The notes beneath the pieces were generated by a model. That model was not told where the DNA came from. It searched no databases and saw only the letters and a program-made list of their open reading frames with translations. A stretch of DNA of 57,549 nt, the filler included, from Sphacelaria rigidula (lineage: Eukaryota): NCBI GenBank assembly GCA_964200075.2. It is 4 parts of 4 records of this genome, joined end to end, with 100 filler letters (N's around TTAATTAATTAA, not from the genome) between each part and the next. Parts side by side here need not be neighbours in the genome. Positions count along the whole stretch, not along the records: positions 1 to 14,313 come from CAXNAA020002320.1; positions 14,414 to 28,726 come from CAXNAA020002321.1; 2 more parts are not named here. One strand, 5' to 3'. A program made the translations under genes and the position numbers. Each line of letters begins with the position of its first letter. The stretch's first letter is position 1. This document shows positions 12,897-26,600 of this stretch, in pieces.

Positions 12897-13114
12897 CTCG
12901 AGTTTACTTTGGGCCAATCGGTGGACCCGAATAAGCTGGCATGACAAGCCCAAAATGCTTGCCGATCTCCCGGCGATAACGTCCCCAGCTCCGATATTCA
13001 CGACGTGAAGTCCAACGGCCTCAACTGCCGCGAGCGCCTTGTTCACATTTTCGGCGGCCTTGAAAATGCTCACCGCCTTTGACTCCACCGGAACGTTAAT
13101 CTTCGACTCAGCTG
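12897..13114 (-). CDS. Isolated exon encoding part of a fimbrin/plastin-type calponin-homology (CH1) domain; possibly a pseudogene fragment
   Basis: SIFKAAENVNKALAAVEAVGLHVVNIGAGDVIAGRSASILGLSCQLIR matches the fimbrin/plastin CH1 motif EN..L.L.SA.AIGC.VVNIG..D...G.PHL.LGL..Q.I. Polypyrimidine tract plus AG acceptor and GTATGA donor. No partner exons identified. Confidence 0.7.
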
Positions 13115-14313
13115 CTTGGAGTGGGAAAAAACGAAACGACAAGAAACAAAGAACGGAAGAAACGTGAGAAGTATAAGATGAAAAAAATCGAAAACGAACA
13201 CAAACCAAAAACACTGATTTCGATCTATGCATCTCGTTGGTATTTTCCGGTACATTATTTTCTTTCATTTTCAGCCCGATCGATAGTCTCCGGTGATCAA
13301 ACCCCTCTCTGCCCAGCTACAGTGCTCTGCTGAATATCGAATGTTGGATCAGCACTTCCCCAGCACCTCAGCGTCCGTCGATTTCTTATCGCCATTGCTC
13401 ACGCTTGTTCTCACGCTTCCATACAAGCGAATCCTATCAAGGGTTGTTGCGATTATAATCCACAAGATCCAGCCAAGCACGGTGGTGTTGATGCGCCAGT
13501 CTGACTGACGATCAGGGCGCACAGGACGATCAAGTCTGAAATTAGAGTACGATATGTATGTATAATACCGTAGGTCACATAGATGATTTCTCTGTGCCAG
13601 CAGTAAAGTTCGGTATGGGGTGTAGATCGTACCTCCCTGACGGGGGTGCCCACAATGCAATACCTAGGTTTGCTGAAGAGATACAGATATGGAGCCTAGA
13701 CGCCCATGGACTACTATAGGTCAGAGCCATACCTACTGAGAAGATGTAGGACGAGATTGCCCATATTTAGGAAATAGTATGGGAATGTTTGACATTTGCT
13801 CGTAGAGTTGTCCGCTTTTCCTCAGTATTCCGACCTTTGATCGCCCAGTACCCATCACAACCACAATGGACCCTTCCGTACACACCTCCCTACGTCGTAA
13901 ACGGAGCGCCGAAGTATCATTGGGCCACCGATATGCCATGCGGTGGAGCTGGCGCTGGTCGTTCTGCCAGGCCACTCAAGGGTAGCGAACGGATTTCTAC
14001 GACTACTCACGGAGCCCTACGGTGTTGGTCCCGAGTACCCGACAAAGCTATGGAAAAGCTGCAAAACTCCGATGGACGACACCGGGGAGCTCGACCTCTT
14101 GAAAAAATTCGGAATGGGCAGCCGTTTCTTTTCACACCAACAAAGGCCGCAGCGCTGCAAAGGATCAACAAGCACAATCGGCTGTTCCCGCTACTGCACC
14201 ACCCCCCAAAGTGTGGAAGGATATGGGCGGAAACCAAGACGAAATACTGTCCATAGATGAAGACGCGGGGTACAAGGCAACAACTAGAAGCCCAGCTTGG
14301 AAATCTCAAACTC

Positions 14314-14413
14314 NNNNNNNNNNNNNNNNNNNNNNNNNNNNNNNNNNNNNNNNNNNNTTAATTAATTAANNNNNNNNNNNNNNNNNNNNNNNNNNNNNNN
14401 NNNNNNNNNNNNN
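14314..14413. other. Artificial contig linker
   Basis: 44 N + TTAATTAATTAA (stops in all six frames) + 44 N. Confidence 0.98.
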
Positions 14414-14649
14414 TTTTTTCTTTTTCTTTTCTCTATCACAAGAAGCCCCCCCCCCCCCCCCCCCCTGCCTCCCTCCCATGCGCTTTTTTAAAAATGTTGA
14501 AGTTATCTGGCTTGTGGAATGGCCAAACGAACGATCTCGAAGTATTTCCACTTTCGGCATATAGGGCTTTATCCACTACCCGTTCATGTCTTTGTACTGT
14601 ATCCCTTGCCCCGTGTCTTCGGGAACCTGGCCTCATTCGTCCTCACCAG

Positions 14650-17600
14650 GGTCAAGCTGGCGCTTCTTTTGGAAGGCTTTTGCTCGCGCTTGGCGAATCA
14701 CCACCTGGCGGTGCCGTTCCTTCGGCCCTTCCTCCCGGGAGTGGCGCCCCCGCCGCCGCCCGGGCCTGTCGCGGTGCGCGCTGCCGAGGAGGCGCGTCGA
14801 CAACGACGGGATAGAGACAAAATTAACCGCGAAACATCCGCATCGTCGTCGCCCCTGTCACAATCATCGCTGACCCACTCAGGGCCTGCCGAGGAGCTCG
14901 GCAAAGCCGATTGTGCCGAGAACCCCGCTGCCGCTGCCCGCCCTTCAGGTTGTAATGCAGATGGTGAGAAGGGTAGCACCGCCGTGGCTGCCTGCGATGC
15001 GGTTGCGACGCCGTCTCGGGCCAGTAGTAGCAGTAGCACTAGTATCACGCCGGCAGCGGTCAGTGCCGATCTGGCGAGCGCTGTTGATGGCGATGCCTGC
15101 ACGAGGAGGACTAGAAGTAGCAGTGGCAGCTCTAGCACGAGCAACGGTGAAGCGAGCAGCGCGGCGGGGTCGACACCGTTATCGAGCGGTGTTGCCGATG
15201 GGTTGGCGATCGTTAACGGCAACACTCCCACGCGTAGTGCTGTTGGTGCGAGTACACCCGCGACGACGACCACCAGCGCGGAAGCGGCGACAGTGGGGTC
15301 ACAAGATGTGGGACAGGCGGATCGGGGGAAGAGGGTGAAACGAGCTGCGTCGGGCACAGCCGCCACTCCCGCGCCCGGCAACAAGTCGGTTGTGGCTCCG
15401 TCGTCCGAACCAAAAAATCCGGCAAAAGGGAGTACCGACAGTGGCGCAGTTGTGGCCGAAGTGCCAGCAGCCGCGGCGGCTGCTACTCTCGCAAGGCGTG
15501 TTTCGAAGGGGGTAGAAGGCAACGGGGCAGCTTTGTCGTCGGGGAAGGGACGAGGAGGTTGTGCCTCGTCTGTGCCTGCGATGGTGGTCAAGGGAAATGC
15601 GGCTGCTGCAGCTGGGGCGGGGTATGAGGAAGATCTCGTTGTACATGGTGAGTTTCATAGTTTCCGGTGGAGTTCGGGCGGGGAGGAGAGGGCAGTGAGA
15701 CTCAGTGAGACTCAGCGAGACTCAGCCCGTGCAAGAGGAGGGGGAGATGTTTGTGTATCACTATTATTTCTTTTTTTTGCCGCGAATCGATTCACAATTC
15801 CCGTCCCAGGGTACCTATCAAGATACGAGGATATGCACCTTTTGCCAGGGGGGATTTTTCTACCTCGATCAGTTTTCATGTGTACACTTTTGCTTGTATG
15901 ATTCTGGGGAGGTTGATTGCGTTTCGGTTCATCCGTACTCGCCCTTGTTGAGTCTGCATGCAGAAACCTTGAACCACTCGAAATGCAACTCCTGTCCCCC
16001 CCGCGCCCGGTCGCCCGTCCCGTTTTGGGCTCAAGTCGGAGACGATGTATTTCGTTTGTCTCCTGAATATATACATGGTTGAAGGAAGTTCAACTGTGCG
16101 TACTAATTGATACTTGGCACAAAACTTCGATATGAGTTTGTTGTTGGCGACAAAATACCAGGTGTTGAATATGCAGAGGCTGTTATCCGCAAGCATCGTT
16201 GTAACTGTACTGAGCGAGTTTTGCATTCTCATGACGCACTCGCGAGGGTTCACGCTTGCCCTGCGGTAAATACGTTTTCGGCCGCAACCCCGCGCACCCA
16301 ATCCTTGTGCTTAGATGTACCCCATCTGCGTGTAGGGCTCATGTAGCGCTGGTTGAGAAGAGCTTACTGTGAGAGCACATGAGCGAAGACCAACCTGGCA
16401 AACTCGGCTCCCGTGGTGCCCCCATTCACCTCCCTCCCTGACTTTTGATGACCCCCCTGAACTTTAGATGTGATGGGTCTATTGGACAAGTGTAGAGCCC
16501 TGGGCTACAGCCGTTCATCTGAACTCATGGCGGATGTCCGGATGCTGGAGGGTAAGTGCAAACAGGCTGTATCGAGATGGGGGGGTGACCCCGATACCGG
16601 CGGGGGTTTTGGCGGAGGAGCGGGGCGTGTGGTGGTTCGGGCAATGGATACCTTGGCGGCGAATATGGAATCTATGCTTGCCAGGTCTAGGGAAGAGGTA
16701 CGTGGGCGGGGGAGGCGTTGCGTGTTCCAAGAGTTGAAACAACATTCTCACACGAACGTTAAACGTATGGTTTTCTCGCACAGCTCTACTTTGACACTGC
16801 CAACACCTTCTCCACGAGACCGGGAAGTCACTGTGATGTCAACCCTGCTGCGTTTTCATTGATGTCGTACTTGAGGCTTGTCCTTGAGGGGAGAGGGTGA
16901 AGAGGGGGGGCAGGCGACTATTTTTGCGTCTCGAAATATGGTGAAATTGTGCTGTGAGCTGCCTCCATCACAACTTTCATAATGAGTTAAGGGTGCAATC
17001 GTCGTGCTGCTTTTTACGTAGCCGTGCACTCGTTGAGTGGCGCAAGTCTCCTTCTCTTTTTTTTTCCTTCCTTGCTGAATGCGGCGTTTTTGAAAGTAAT
17101 TCCGAGTCAACTCTTTTTGTTCCATGCTGCATTCTATATGTCTCCGTTGTATGTCTCCGCTTGTCTTGATGTGCGCTGTTTGTTCGATATGTGTCGTACA
17201 TGCCCGCAAGAGTTCTTGTCTTATTTTGTTTTTTCTGGTATTGCGTTTGTTTTTGCCGCGTGTTGCCGCTTGTCGCTGTCCGTGTCGTGTGCGCTTTTTT
17301 TTTTTCCTGCCCTGTTTTTTGTCACCCAAATGTTGCGTGCTCGTCCGGATTCGGACCCCCATCAGCTGACCGCGCTTGAGGCCGAGGTAGCCAAGAAGAG
17401 TGAGGACGAACACCGACGGATGACGGACCGGTAAGATCGGGGAAGAAAATAGATGTACGTATTGTGACGACAGTACGCGGAGACTGCGCATGAAGATCGA
17501 AAATTGTTCCTCCGTGTTGATCGTTCGCCCTCGAGCCCAGCCCAGCCACGATCACACATGTACAGTTACGTGACTCGTGGCCCAAAACTGGTTGGGCGCT

Positions 17601-20600
17601 ATCTCCCACTAGTTCTTGCTCAAGGTTTCGATGTCCACATCGTGGATGATAACAAGGCGTTTTGCCTTTTGAAAAACCAGCTGTCCTGAATCCCAGTTGG
17701 GCCATAGTTTATGTGAGGTTACCTCAGGGTGAGTCGCAGCCGATAGGTTGACCGTGCGTTCGGGGACTCGAGTAGGAAGAAACCCGCCTCCCTTGCGATA
17801 CATCAGTCCTATTCAGACTGAGATTTGAAATCCCGTAGATGTTGAAGTATTTACTGTTGTGTGCATGCGTACCCAGCACGTTGAGGGGAAGCATACTCTA
17901 GTATGGATATGATCAGCAGTACTATTCACGCACATGTGTATATGTGCATATAATCAGTATGTGCAATACACACGAGCGCGAGGAAATGGTATGGGGAGTG
18001 AATGATGACAATACAACGCAGGATATGTGTGCTTGCCGAGAGACTCGGCAGGTACCTAATGTTTTCGTGCTTGTGGGCACATGCATAGGTCGGCTCGACT
18101 TCATTATATTTGAACGGGCGTGGACTGGCATGGTCGATTGCCACACATGCACTGATGCGCCAGTGACTTGGCCGTTGCCACAAGATGTGCCTACCCAAGG
18201 CGAACAAGACGGGAATGGTCACTGGAATGAGAGTGGGCAAAACAAAAAGGTGGAACACAACAGTAAGACTGAAAGACGTGAACAAGAACAGGCGGCAAAA
18301 GGAAACGAAACGAAATGGGAAAAATTAGAAGAAGAAAAAAAATGGGATCTTCATGAAGCAGAAATGAAGAAGACGAGACCTTTAAACAGTAGGCCACTGT
18401 TGTGACATGGCTTCAAGGAAAGGACGTGCGCAAAAAACTCATGCAGTAATACACAACACAGAATAAGTAGGGGTAGTGGGAGTAGATAACCGGTTCGGCT
18501 ACTTCGGGCCGAAATTTTTGGGCGTGCGCTTCCACCCATGTGCCCAAACCGCAACTATATTGCAATGATTCCTCCCCCCCCCCCCGTGGTCAGCGGTTGG
18601 GGATTGAATGACTAAGGCGAGCAACAAATTGAGTACGCCCCCCTTTCCCCCCTGCTCCGTCTCCCCGATGGCGTTGCCGTCGGTTGGCAACGGCGTTGTA
18701 AAAACACACCACTCACTGCATAAGCTAGACAACCAGGTTCCCGATTTGTTTTGCGCACTCGCGTTTTCTTTTGCGGTCGCCATGATGGTCGTCAAGGTAG
18801 ATCATGATGTGCGGTGTGGGGGAACCTCAACTCTGCACGAAGGGGATGATAATACTACGTAGTGTTTGAATGGTGAGACACCCATGAGGCAGTGCATGAG
18901 CCGTTGGTGTCTCTGGAGGTGGCAACACCACAAAAACGAAGCAACTCATTGTTGACTGTCATCCAAATGCAAGATAATCAGTAGACTTATGGCCGAACAA
19001 TCTTTGCAGGATGCAGCTGACCCTTCATGCGACTCGCCGAACACCACACCAGGGCGCTTCGCGCTTGGTGGTTGAATGCGAGCCTGGTCCGGCGGAAACC
19101 CGGCTTTGTAGGGGTGCGAGGTCAATGGTTTCATGACTGTGGCATGCATGATCATGAGTACCTCCCTGCTCAGTCCCGAAAGGGATGCGTGGTATACGGT
19201 TCAGTTAATGGTTGATGATTGAACGACTTGGGTGAGCAACGAACGAGTACGCCCCCTTCACCCTTCCCCCTGTTTATGCCGGCATACACTGCTTGCACTA
19301 CGCAGAGGTGTCGGAGGTAGGGTGGGCGACACATTCCCATGGAGGGGAGAATGCCTGCCGCCGCCGTTGAGACCCAAGCCTCCCGCCGCCACACCGCAGC
19401 AGCAATCTCCGATAACAAAGGGGGGGGAGGGAGGAGCTTTATCAACCTCAGCAGCGTCAGCAGTAGCAGCAATGCCAACAGCAACAGCAACCGCAGCAGG
19501 ATCGCCATTTGCACACAGCAACGGGCTGAGGGCTTCGTCGCAGTTGTATTCGACGCATATCCCTTCGAAGTCGTCGCTGCCCCGACCGCCGCCTCGCCCG
19601 GAGGAGGAGGGGGAGGTCGTGGGTCCGCGGCCTCACCCTCCTCTGCGATTGACGCGTCGGTGGACGCTAGGGGAGTGGGCGGAGTTTCTCCAAAACCCCC
19701 CCATGCTGAGGTGAAATACCGGTTCAATATTGTATATTTTGCGGAAATTAGATTTTCTCCTCGTGATGCGGCCAGCGACAGTGATGGCGCTTTCTTACAT
19801 TTCGAGTTTTTTTTTTTCTTTTCCTGGTGTTTTTCCTCCACAAACAGCATACAAAAACTTGACGTGTAGACTTCGTGGGTGTCAAGGGGTCTCTTTTGCT
19901 AGAGAGAGGGATGGACGACTATGTTTCGGACGCTCTCCGTGTGTTGTGGGAACTAACGGAGAGCTTTGTCCTCTGTTGTAATCGCAAGAACAGTGATGAA
20001 AGTGTTGCCCTCCCCCCCCCCCTACTCTCTTCGTCTTGTTTCTGTCTGCGCGCGTCGATCGTGCGATTTTTGCTTCCATACTTGTTTGCGAATAGGCGTT
20101 CAACTGGGAACTTGCAGCCTGGGGAGGTGATCACGGTGAACGGGACAGAGGTGATGGGGACGCAGCAGATGGTGAGCACTCATTTTTTATTATTTCTGGA
20201 CAGTACATGATGGCTTTCGGTCAAAGCCATGATGGATACATGAAAAAATGGCTGATTAGGTAACTGGCTGGTGTCTTGTATCCAGTTTTTAACCCGATTT
20301 TCATGCGTGACTCAACCGTGTCACCGACAATGAGGCTGTAGTGAAAAATGCCTTTTTTGTCTGCGTAATTACGGTTTTCGGGTACTGTTGACCTCTTGTG
20401 CTTCTCTCGTTGTTGCTTGCTTATGATCACTGCTCGGAAGCACATTGTATTGCATTAACATAAAGAAGGTGTGAGGTCCCCTTCGAGCGCCCCGTATCCC
20501 TTGTGTATTGAATCGTGGGCTGAAAATGGGTGACGTCAACTCCTGCGGGGAAGTTCACCGAACACGTACATTAAATGGGCTAGGAACTGGACCAGTTAAT

Positions 20601-23600
20601 ACTGTATATCTTCATCGTAATTGGAGTCACTTTTTTTTTTCACAAAGGCTGATGTTTCGGGTCGGGTGGGAGGTAAGTTCTTGTTTTACCTTTCACGATA
20701 GACGCACGAGGCGATGGGTGGGTGGGATTGATGCTCTGTGGCGAAATGGTTTTTGATTGCCGCATCTTCAACGCCTGGACCGCCAAGCAGGCCGTCTAAG
20801 TCCTCTGTATGCCAACGAACAACTTCACATCTGAATCATTATACACGGTTGGTCCTGCAGTGAAGATCCCGATTTGTTCATGGTTGAGGGATAAAGAATT
20901 CACGTCGTCGATTTTTCACACTGGTGAGGAAATCACTTGATTTTAGTGTAGTCGATTTGTACCGCACGAGTCAATCCGTAGGCTTTGTTTTCAGCGTTGC
21001 AACCCAGGTACACGCAGCCTAGGCACGTGAACTGTCGCAAAATTGCTCAGAGACCTTTTTGATCACGTCCTATTCACTGTCCTGTTTCTGCACTCGTGCT
21101 CTTTTCCCGACCGATATTCTCGATTCTGTGTATTGTTCGTGGTGAACTTCAAATACGCGTCAAGCCTCCCCTCGCATCCTCCTCAAAAGGGCCCTTGCTG
21201 ACACAATACGACCACCCTGCCTCGAAAATGTCATCCCCATTTACATATTCTGCTCGGCGGAATCCAACATGCCGTGGCGGATGCGCATGGGCACACAGCG
21301 AGAAGAGCTTGCAGAAGGCATGCGTGCACCGTCGGTGCTGCCTGACCCGGACGACTCGGACGACAGCGACAACAATGACTGTTACATGTCCGACTTCTAC
21401 TCCGACGACGAGCAGGATAGAGTAGGTCATGGCAATAGCTACGGTGTATCATTGGGCTGTAACGGTGGTGCTTACGGCAGAAACAGCAGTCGTTTGGAGC
21501 GTCATGGGGCAAGGGGGGTTCGCGGGGGTGCCGGGGCGGCGAGTCGCGCGGGAGCAGGGAAGCATGAAGGGAAGGGAGCGGAGGGGGGGCGGGTTGTACC
21601 GGAATGGTCAGAACTTGAGACGGCGGTGCAGGCATTGATGGGCATGGACGGTGGGATGGATTTGGCCCAGGATCGTTGGGACGAGATGGAATCTGTTCGG
21701 TGAGTTTTTTTTTCTCCTTGTAAATGGAGCAAAGGGGGAAGATTTTTACTCCTTTTTGCTGTCGTTGATTGAGCTGTTGTGGGTTCCGACGCTTTGCTGC
21801 TGCCATATTCTGTGGTCTTGAAGAAATCTTGAACCTGAGAGTATTCGTAGATATTTACCTCGGAACAGCACAGCACAGGCACAATCGGATCACCTTGTTT
21901 ACTGTACCCCCATGTGACTATGTCGTCCCAGAACGCTCATTGAAAACGACTCGTCTGTGCCATTTGTTTTGTAATACGGATCTACTCGACACGGGATCGA
22001 AAACCTATGTGATGGCTTTGTTTGGGTAGACCAGGAGATGGTTTCTACGTGTATGCAAGGTGTACGGCATGTTTCTCCTTGACGAAGGTGCGTCAACCGC
22101 CGTGAGCTTATTTGATGAGAGATCGCACGTCGTTCACGTTTGGAAGCCTTCGCCTTCTCCGTCCCGTGTTTCTACAGTATCTGAACGATTTCTTTCAGGG
22201 GCAGGTTGGGTAAGGTATGCACTTTTGAACACTCGGGTAACATACTCGGGTGTTTAATCTACCCGATTGAGGACGGCCTGACATACTCCACCCAAATATT
22301 GATTAAGCACTCTCAGCAGTACCTGGGTATAGTGTATCAGTTGGGCATGTCCTCAACACTCTGCCAAAAAATTGGGGTAGAGTGAACACGATCTCAATTA
22401 CTCTTACCCAAATTTCGGTAAAGCATTCTCAGCAAACACCTGTGTACATATATATTTTGGGCATGGCCTCGATAAGCTAACCAAAATTTCGGTGAGTTTG
22501 GTACAATCTCTGATGCCCTACCCAAAGTTTAGTCAGAGTTTGTAAGTTTCAGTATTTTACAACTGATCAACTCTTCTCAGCAATACTCAGTTGAAGACTA
22601 TCAATTGGGTATGATGAGAAACCCTAACCGTTGTTGACTTCGTGACGTCACCGCACCGACGACGTTAAATATGTAGGCGAACGATGACCACCAACAAAAT
22701 GAATGACGTCACATCACAGGTTGTTACGAATATGAGCGAGCGGCGGCCATCAGAAGACAAGAAGGCGTGCAGTTTCATGAGTCCACCGCCCTCCTCTTGA
22801 GCTGTATGGTAGTATTTCCAATCGTCTCAGATTTTAGTTTTCAGCACAAGGCGCTGTATGTTGGCGTTCCGGTCGATATTTTCCTTCGACAATACCCTGA
22901 TATTTATTCCACTCCAGTTTGGTATAAGTTGGGTATGTTCTCGACACTTTTTCAATACGAAGTTGAATATTTAACCCAAGGTTTGCGCAGATCATTTTTG
23001 AGTAGATTGGGTATGATGTCAATACTCAATCTCCAAATATCGCGTATTAGAGTTTCGGGAACCAAACTTTTGAGCCAAAAACTCGGGGATGATTCGCGCC
23101 TTCTTAATATAATTCAATCAAATGATCATTATCCCTGAGTTTTTCTGGCCTATTTTTGTTTCCGAAACTCTCCAATTTCTCTACCCGAGCACATATCATC
23201 ACTTGGGTATGACCTAAATACTCGGCCCAAAATTGGGGTAATTTGGCCACGATTTCTAATACTCCGCCCGATTTTTGGTAGATTGAGTACGATTTCATTA
23301 CTCTATTGTACTCGAATGTTTGGGTACCAAGAGTATGACTTTTCAATAATGCCGAGAATCGCCATTCGACCTGTCCCCCCTTCATTTTGTCGGCTTGCGC
23401 GCGCTGTGTCTTGTGATTTTGTGGCATATAGTCTTGTTCAAATGGAATCGGTTCTCGAGGAACAGCGACGATTGATGCGGCGAATGATGAAGCACAACGG
23501 TAACCTCCGCGCCCTCTGGCGAAGTTACGCGGCCTCTCCATTAGAAGACAGGTGCGTCGATTCGATGGCACTTCGATGGATGACTGAAGGTGTCATTTGG

Positions 23601-26600
23601 CGCAGAGTCCTTACGGTTTTGAAATAGGTCATGCGCTGTGCTCTGCTGTGCTGTGCGCCCTACCATGTGCTGCAAGTTCATTCTTGTGATAAGAGGCTGA
23701 CTGCACCGTCTGTACCGCACATATGATGTTGCACCGTACTATGTAGTATCGTGCTGCATTCGCTCCACTATACCGTCTGTGCAGTACCTGTTCTGATCCC
23801 ACTTGGGAAGTGGTGATACCAGAAAATGAAGCAACTCACTGTAGGCTATCATCCATATGCAACGTGAGTAGTACGCTTCGGAACGAAGGACCGAAGAATG
23901 CTAGTAGAATGCAGCTCACCCTTCATGCGACTCGCCGAACAAATGACGGCGCTTCGCGCTTGGTGATTGATTGCGAGCCTGGCTCGGCGAAAACCCGGCG
24001 TGCTCCGTCCCGGCTTTGTAGGGATGCGAGGTCGTCGATCATATGACCATAGCATGCAAGATCATGAGTACACTCCACCCCCCCTCCCCGTGAGGCGGCG
24101 TTAGATCCTGCGATGCAGGCTGCGAGCTCCCTCGGTAGCGTGGTGAGCTGGGTCACAGTTATCGTTGACATTTATGACGATGAACTTGTTGCTCGCTTGG
24201 GCCGTTGAAACAAGTAAAAACGCGTTGACTTTATTTTTTTTAATTCAATCCTGTAGGCGAATCTTTTGTGCGTGGAAACCAAGCCACAGAGCGTTCGCGT
24301 TGGCGCACAGTGAATCACTTGAAAACGACTGGCACGATTGAGCCATGTTACTGGCACGAAATAAGGATTTTGTTCCAACAAGACACGTGAGCTACTCACA
24401 ATTGCTTTCGTACCAAGATGGTGGAATTCGATTAACTCTCCCCTCAGCCGTGATATTCAAGGGGCTGTGTACGTCGTGCTCTCATCGGACACGCCGACGC
24501 TGTAACTCAAGAAGGTGTTCAGGGAGTTACATACTTGATTCCTGCTTTTTCTGGACGAATTCAAAATGCCGTTGTGTTCGACTGATTCACCTGCTCCACC
24601 TGGGAAGGGACGTTTTGGAGTAGTTGGGCTCATATGCTGTCTACACAACCAGTCGATTTTCGGCTCTTCCTTTCCGACGGGGAAACAAGATATAATGTGT
24701 GGAGTATGATCGACGCATTTTCGCTTTCTGGGCTCCCTTTGTTTCGTCGTCCATTTGTTGTCCGTTATCTGCTGCGAAGGGGCGGTGTAGGAGCAGAGGG
24801 GGTTGTAACCCTCGGCGAAACAAGCGTTGTGACGGAGTTCAAGATTTCCAACGATTTGCTCAGGAAAAGGTATGATTCTGCGGGCCGAGAAGTTTTTCAC
24901 TGACAGCGATGAGGACATGTATAGGGCAGTGCTATTCCTTTTCATATTATGTAGGTTTTTTTTTTTGCAGCTTGGCCGTGGACAAAACCCGCACCTCGCA
25001 TCAGATGACGCTGAAACTTGGAGAGTGTGTAGATTCGTACCAGAAGAAGGTGTCACAGTCACAGCTGCATCAAAAGAAGTCGCTGATGGCCCGGTCTGCA
25101 TCGAAACTATGGAAATCCACGGTGCGTCGGACTTCTTTTTTTTTCCATCACCTTGTTGTCTGATGACGATTATAGTGGGTACAGTTGACAGTTGAGCACG
25201 CTGACTGCAGCGGATCCTGCTGACCTCATCATCAATCTTCGCTCAGTCATGGACGAACGCTCGAAGAAACCCAGCAAACAAGCATCGTTTATGGTCCGCT
25301 ACATATATAAGGGATGGGAGGTGGACGTTGCCGCTCCAAAACGGTCGACAGTCGAAGGTCGAGTTCCTGTCGCGCGACCAGTGGGTTGCGCGACGGGCGC
25401 TTGCCGCCGTACCTGGTACTGTGGGGCGACATCCCGGTGCACGCAGTCCCACCGCTACCGGGACGACCGTGCAAACAGGGTGACAGCCGGAGTGGGCATT
25501 GCACTGGTATTATTCTAGCCTTATTAACTTAGATTTTCTCCGCACACGCTTTGCACATGAACATTTCGGTGATTGCCTCACTTCCACTTCGGCCATATGC
25601 GGTGGAGTATTTCGCGATCTCACCGCCTAATATATGTGGGAATGTATTTTAATGCACCCTGGTTGAGAGCTTTCTACAGCCAGTATACAATTTATAAATA
25701 ATGTACTGTGCACAATAAAGAAGATATCGCGCACTTCAACATGGAGAGTGCTCAAAGTGCGAACTGCGCACATGATCACTTCAAGACAGATTAGAAATCT
25801 CCACGGTATGAAATGTTATAGCTGGCTTGCGCGCCATATCGGCCGTGTTACCATACAGCTCCGCTAAAGATACACCTACGTGCGCCACCTAGGGCAAATG
25901 CACGCTCAGCTGCATCACCGACCGCTGTACAAGATGTAGCAGGGCGAGGGGTGGTAAAACACCTACCGCCTCGGTACAAACAGACAGCAAGGAACATCAT
26001 ACATATATACTGTAAACAAGTGTGATTTGAAATCCGTGCGCGCGGGGTGGGTCGGCATGTAGAGAACCCTGCACGACTTCGTCGTGTACTACCTGGACAG
26101 GACCTCGTTTCAGTAGCAATCGCTTGCGATGTGTGCTGTGACGGGTCTAGTGCGTGATGGTGCTTTTTCCACCTCCGCACACCGCCCGTGAAGCGAGCTC
26201 TTGATGCTGGAAGTGCCCACCCATCTTCCAGTGACGATCTCCATTCTTTGTCTCAGACAAATGACACTGCGGAATATGACAGTAGCTACTAAAAGGTACA
26301 TATTCTTCCACACACACCGCCTCCATAGTATGGAAAAGGAATAACACCGAGGGTGAGAAGCTGTACACGTCCCCTGAACGAAGTGGAGAGAATAGAGGAA
26401 AACGAAGCAAATATGAAAAGCCAGAATGAAGTGCTATGGACCCTTTGGACCAAGAACTACCAACGGTGATTCCCATGTCTCATGTTCGACGTCCATGTCA
26501 TGGGACTTGATCGCCCCCGTCGTTTTGCGTCTCCCCGCTGACTTACCTCTGGTTTCCGTTAATTCCGTGTCAACCTCCACACGAAAACAGAGTGGAAGAC

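Noticed and set aside
13700..14313. Retrotransposon gag fragment
   Set aside because: The sequence looks coding-like, but I could not support a zinc knuckle, LTR or PBS, and it is truncated by the contig end.
14358..14369. TTAATTAATTAA as a biological motif or TSD
   Set aside because: It is identical in all three gaps and centred in Ns, so it is an assembly linker.
14698..15591. Long antisense ORFs (also 27096-27695, 51007-51966, 54362-55057)
   Set aside because: These are shadows of GC-rich low-complexity exons on the opposite strand.
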